Assembly: GCF_006345805.1 (NCBI RefSeq)
Contig: NC_042998.1
Location: 34,596,001-34,660,000, forward strand
Direction of reading: 5' to 3'
DNA: 64,000 nt
Origin: Octopus sinensis
Taxonomy: Eukaryota
The notes beneath the pieces were generated by a model. The model worked only from the letters and a program-made list of their open reading frames with translations. It was not told the DNA's origin and did not search any database. Positions 62,129-64,000 of this stretch are shown here, piece after piece. The position numbers were made by a program, and so were the translations under genes. Each line of letters opens with the position of its first letter. Positions within the stretch are counted from its first letter, which is position 1.

Positions 62129-63320
62129 ATATATATTTATTTATGTGTATGTGTCTATGTTTGTCCTCCACCACTGCTTGGCAACTTGTGTTAGTGTGTT
62201 TATATCCCCGTAACTTAGCAATTTGGCAAAAGAATCTAATAAAGTAAGAACGAGGCTTTTTAAAAAAAAAAATGAAAATAAGAACTGGGATTGATTTGTT
62301 TCAACTAAAAATTCTTCAAGGTAATGACCCAAGATGGCTGCACTCTAATGACTAAAAAAAAAGTTACACATGCACACATACATCTAATGACCGAAACAAA
62401 CAAACATTACACACATGCACACACACGTTTATGCTCATATCATCTCTACTTAGGAAAAGAGAATGAATGAATGTGATGAGAGACAGAAGGAAATCTTCTA
62501 TAATGATTTCGATTATATTCCATATTGAAACAACAGTTTTCATCTCTGTATTGGCATTCTCCAAAAATTACATTGCCAACATTTATATCTTTCTATAAAA
62601 GGACCAAATTACGCATTCCGTAATCTGTACTGGAATGCACAGAAGCAGTCTGGATGTCCTGTTGGCTCATGCACAGTTCTTATAACTAATTGGTCTGATG
62701 CAAACAGGAAGCAATTTCTCCATATCTATTATCCTGTTTAGATCTTCTATTACGTTTGTTTATTATTATTATTATTACTACTATTATTATTATCATTAGC
62801 AGCCAAGGAATTGCATCGTCTAATTCTATATTCTTTTTATTCTTTACTCTTTTACTGACTTCAATCATTGGACTGCACCCGCTTCAAATATTTTGGTTGT
62901 TTATATACAGGCCCAGTGGCAGTCTGGGTCTAAAAATATTGGTTGCCAGGAGACTGGGGGGGGGGGCACCTGCAACTACAATCCAATCATTTTTATTTTT
63001 TTAATTTTTTGTTGAAAGTGTTCTTTTCAACTGTCTACAAACACAGCCAGGCTGAAATAATTAATGCCTTCTTCCAGGGGTGAATAAAAAATTCTCAAAC
63101 TTGAGGGGATGGGCCCCCATATATGGATTCTACTGGCACAGGTGCCTATTGCCATTGGACAAGCTGGCAGCCTGACCAGTCTGCCACTGTACAGGCCCAA
63201 GTTAATCTGCAAATTGGTAGATATAAATATCAGCCCAGTTTCGAACTGCTCGTTAAGAATTTTAACAATCAGTGTATTATACATATGATTTATGGACCTG
63301 GGTGAATTACAGGTATATGT

Positions 63321-63618
63321 TATTTGTTTGTTCCATCTCAAGCCATGCCTGGCTCATAAGGGCCGGTTTCTCGGTTTCCTTGGCGTATAGGTTCCCCACC
63401 TGGATGGGATGCCAGTCTGTCGCAGGTGAGCTGCAAGATGCAGGAGGAAAGAGTGAGAGAAAGTTGTGGTGAAAAAGTCAGCAGAAGTTCGCCATTACCT
63501 TCAGCTGGAGCAGCGTGGAGCTTAGGTGTTTCGCTCATAAACACACACATCGCCCGGTCTGAGATTTGAACCTGCGATCCCTCGACCACGAATCCACTGC
63601 TCTAACCACTAGGTTATA
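63321..63618 (-). mobile_element. SINE family E, second copy in opposite orientation
   Basis: Reverse complement of 58135-58434. Confidence 0.85.
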
Positions 63619-64000
63619 TATGTAACATATATACTTGTAGATTTGAGATTTATCTACCAAACCTTGCTCTGAACTTGAAAATCACAGTAGACAGTAACAC
63701 ACTCTCACTGGTAAATGACTGTGTACATCGAGTTGGTGAGTCACGTCACTACTCAAACGATATCAATATTGAGGTTATAGTAAAGTGGCGAGATGGCAGA
63801 AATGTTAGCACACCAGGCAAAATGCTTAGTGGTATTTTGTTTGTCTTTACATTCTGAGTTCAAATTCCGCCGAGGTCAGTTTTGCCTTTCGTCCTTTGGT
63901 GTCAATAAATTAAGTACCAGTTGCGTACTGGAGTCGATCTATTTGATTGGCCTCCTCTCCCAAAATTTCGGGCCTTGTGCTTAGAGTAGAAAAGAATTTG

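Overview
AT-rich, repeat-dense eukaryotic DNA, inferred to be an octopod cephalopod (Octopus-like) from the 5S sequence and SINE repertoire. No prokaryotic features or CRISPR arrays. The window appears to lie inside one large + strand gene: four GT-AG coding exons (21769-21858, 40441-40519, 50606-50694, 52330-52407) splice in frame into the EF2-EF4 part of a neuronal calcium sensor (NCS-1/frequenin/aplycalcin type). I could not find its N-terminal or last coding exons, so they are probably outside the window. The rest is intron filled with SINE-like repeats (my labels: A, tRNA head with CORE-like motif; B, tRNA head with two alternative tails; C, (GAT)n-tailed; plus D and E), Tc1/mariner, hAT and piggyBac MITEs, RTE LINE fragments and microsatellites. 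Nearly all ORFs in the supplied track are repeat or microsatellite artefacts. Best leads: (1) a multi-copy palindromic element made of two head-to-head arms, each tRNA-like head + (AAT)n + a Penelope-type minimal hammerhead ribozyme; (2) a second Penelope-like remnant with its own minimal hammerhead; (3) a full-length 119-nt 5S rRNA copy joined to a SINE-type 3' stem-loop tail inside a (TA)n tract, a candidate 5S-derived SINE; (4) many long inverted repeats that would make this neuronal pre-mRNA rich in dsRNA. Repeat coordinates are read by eye and approximate; exon, 5S and TSD coordinates were counted.
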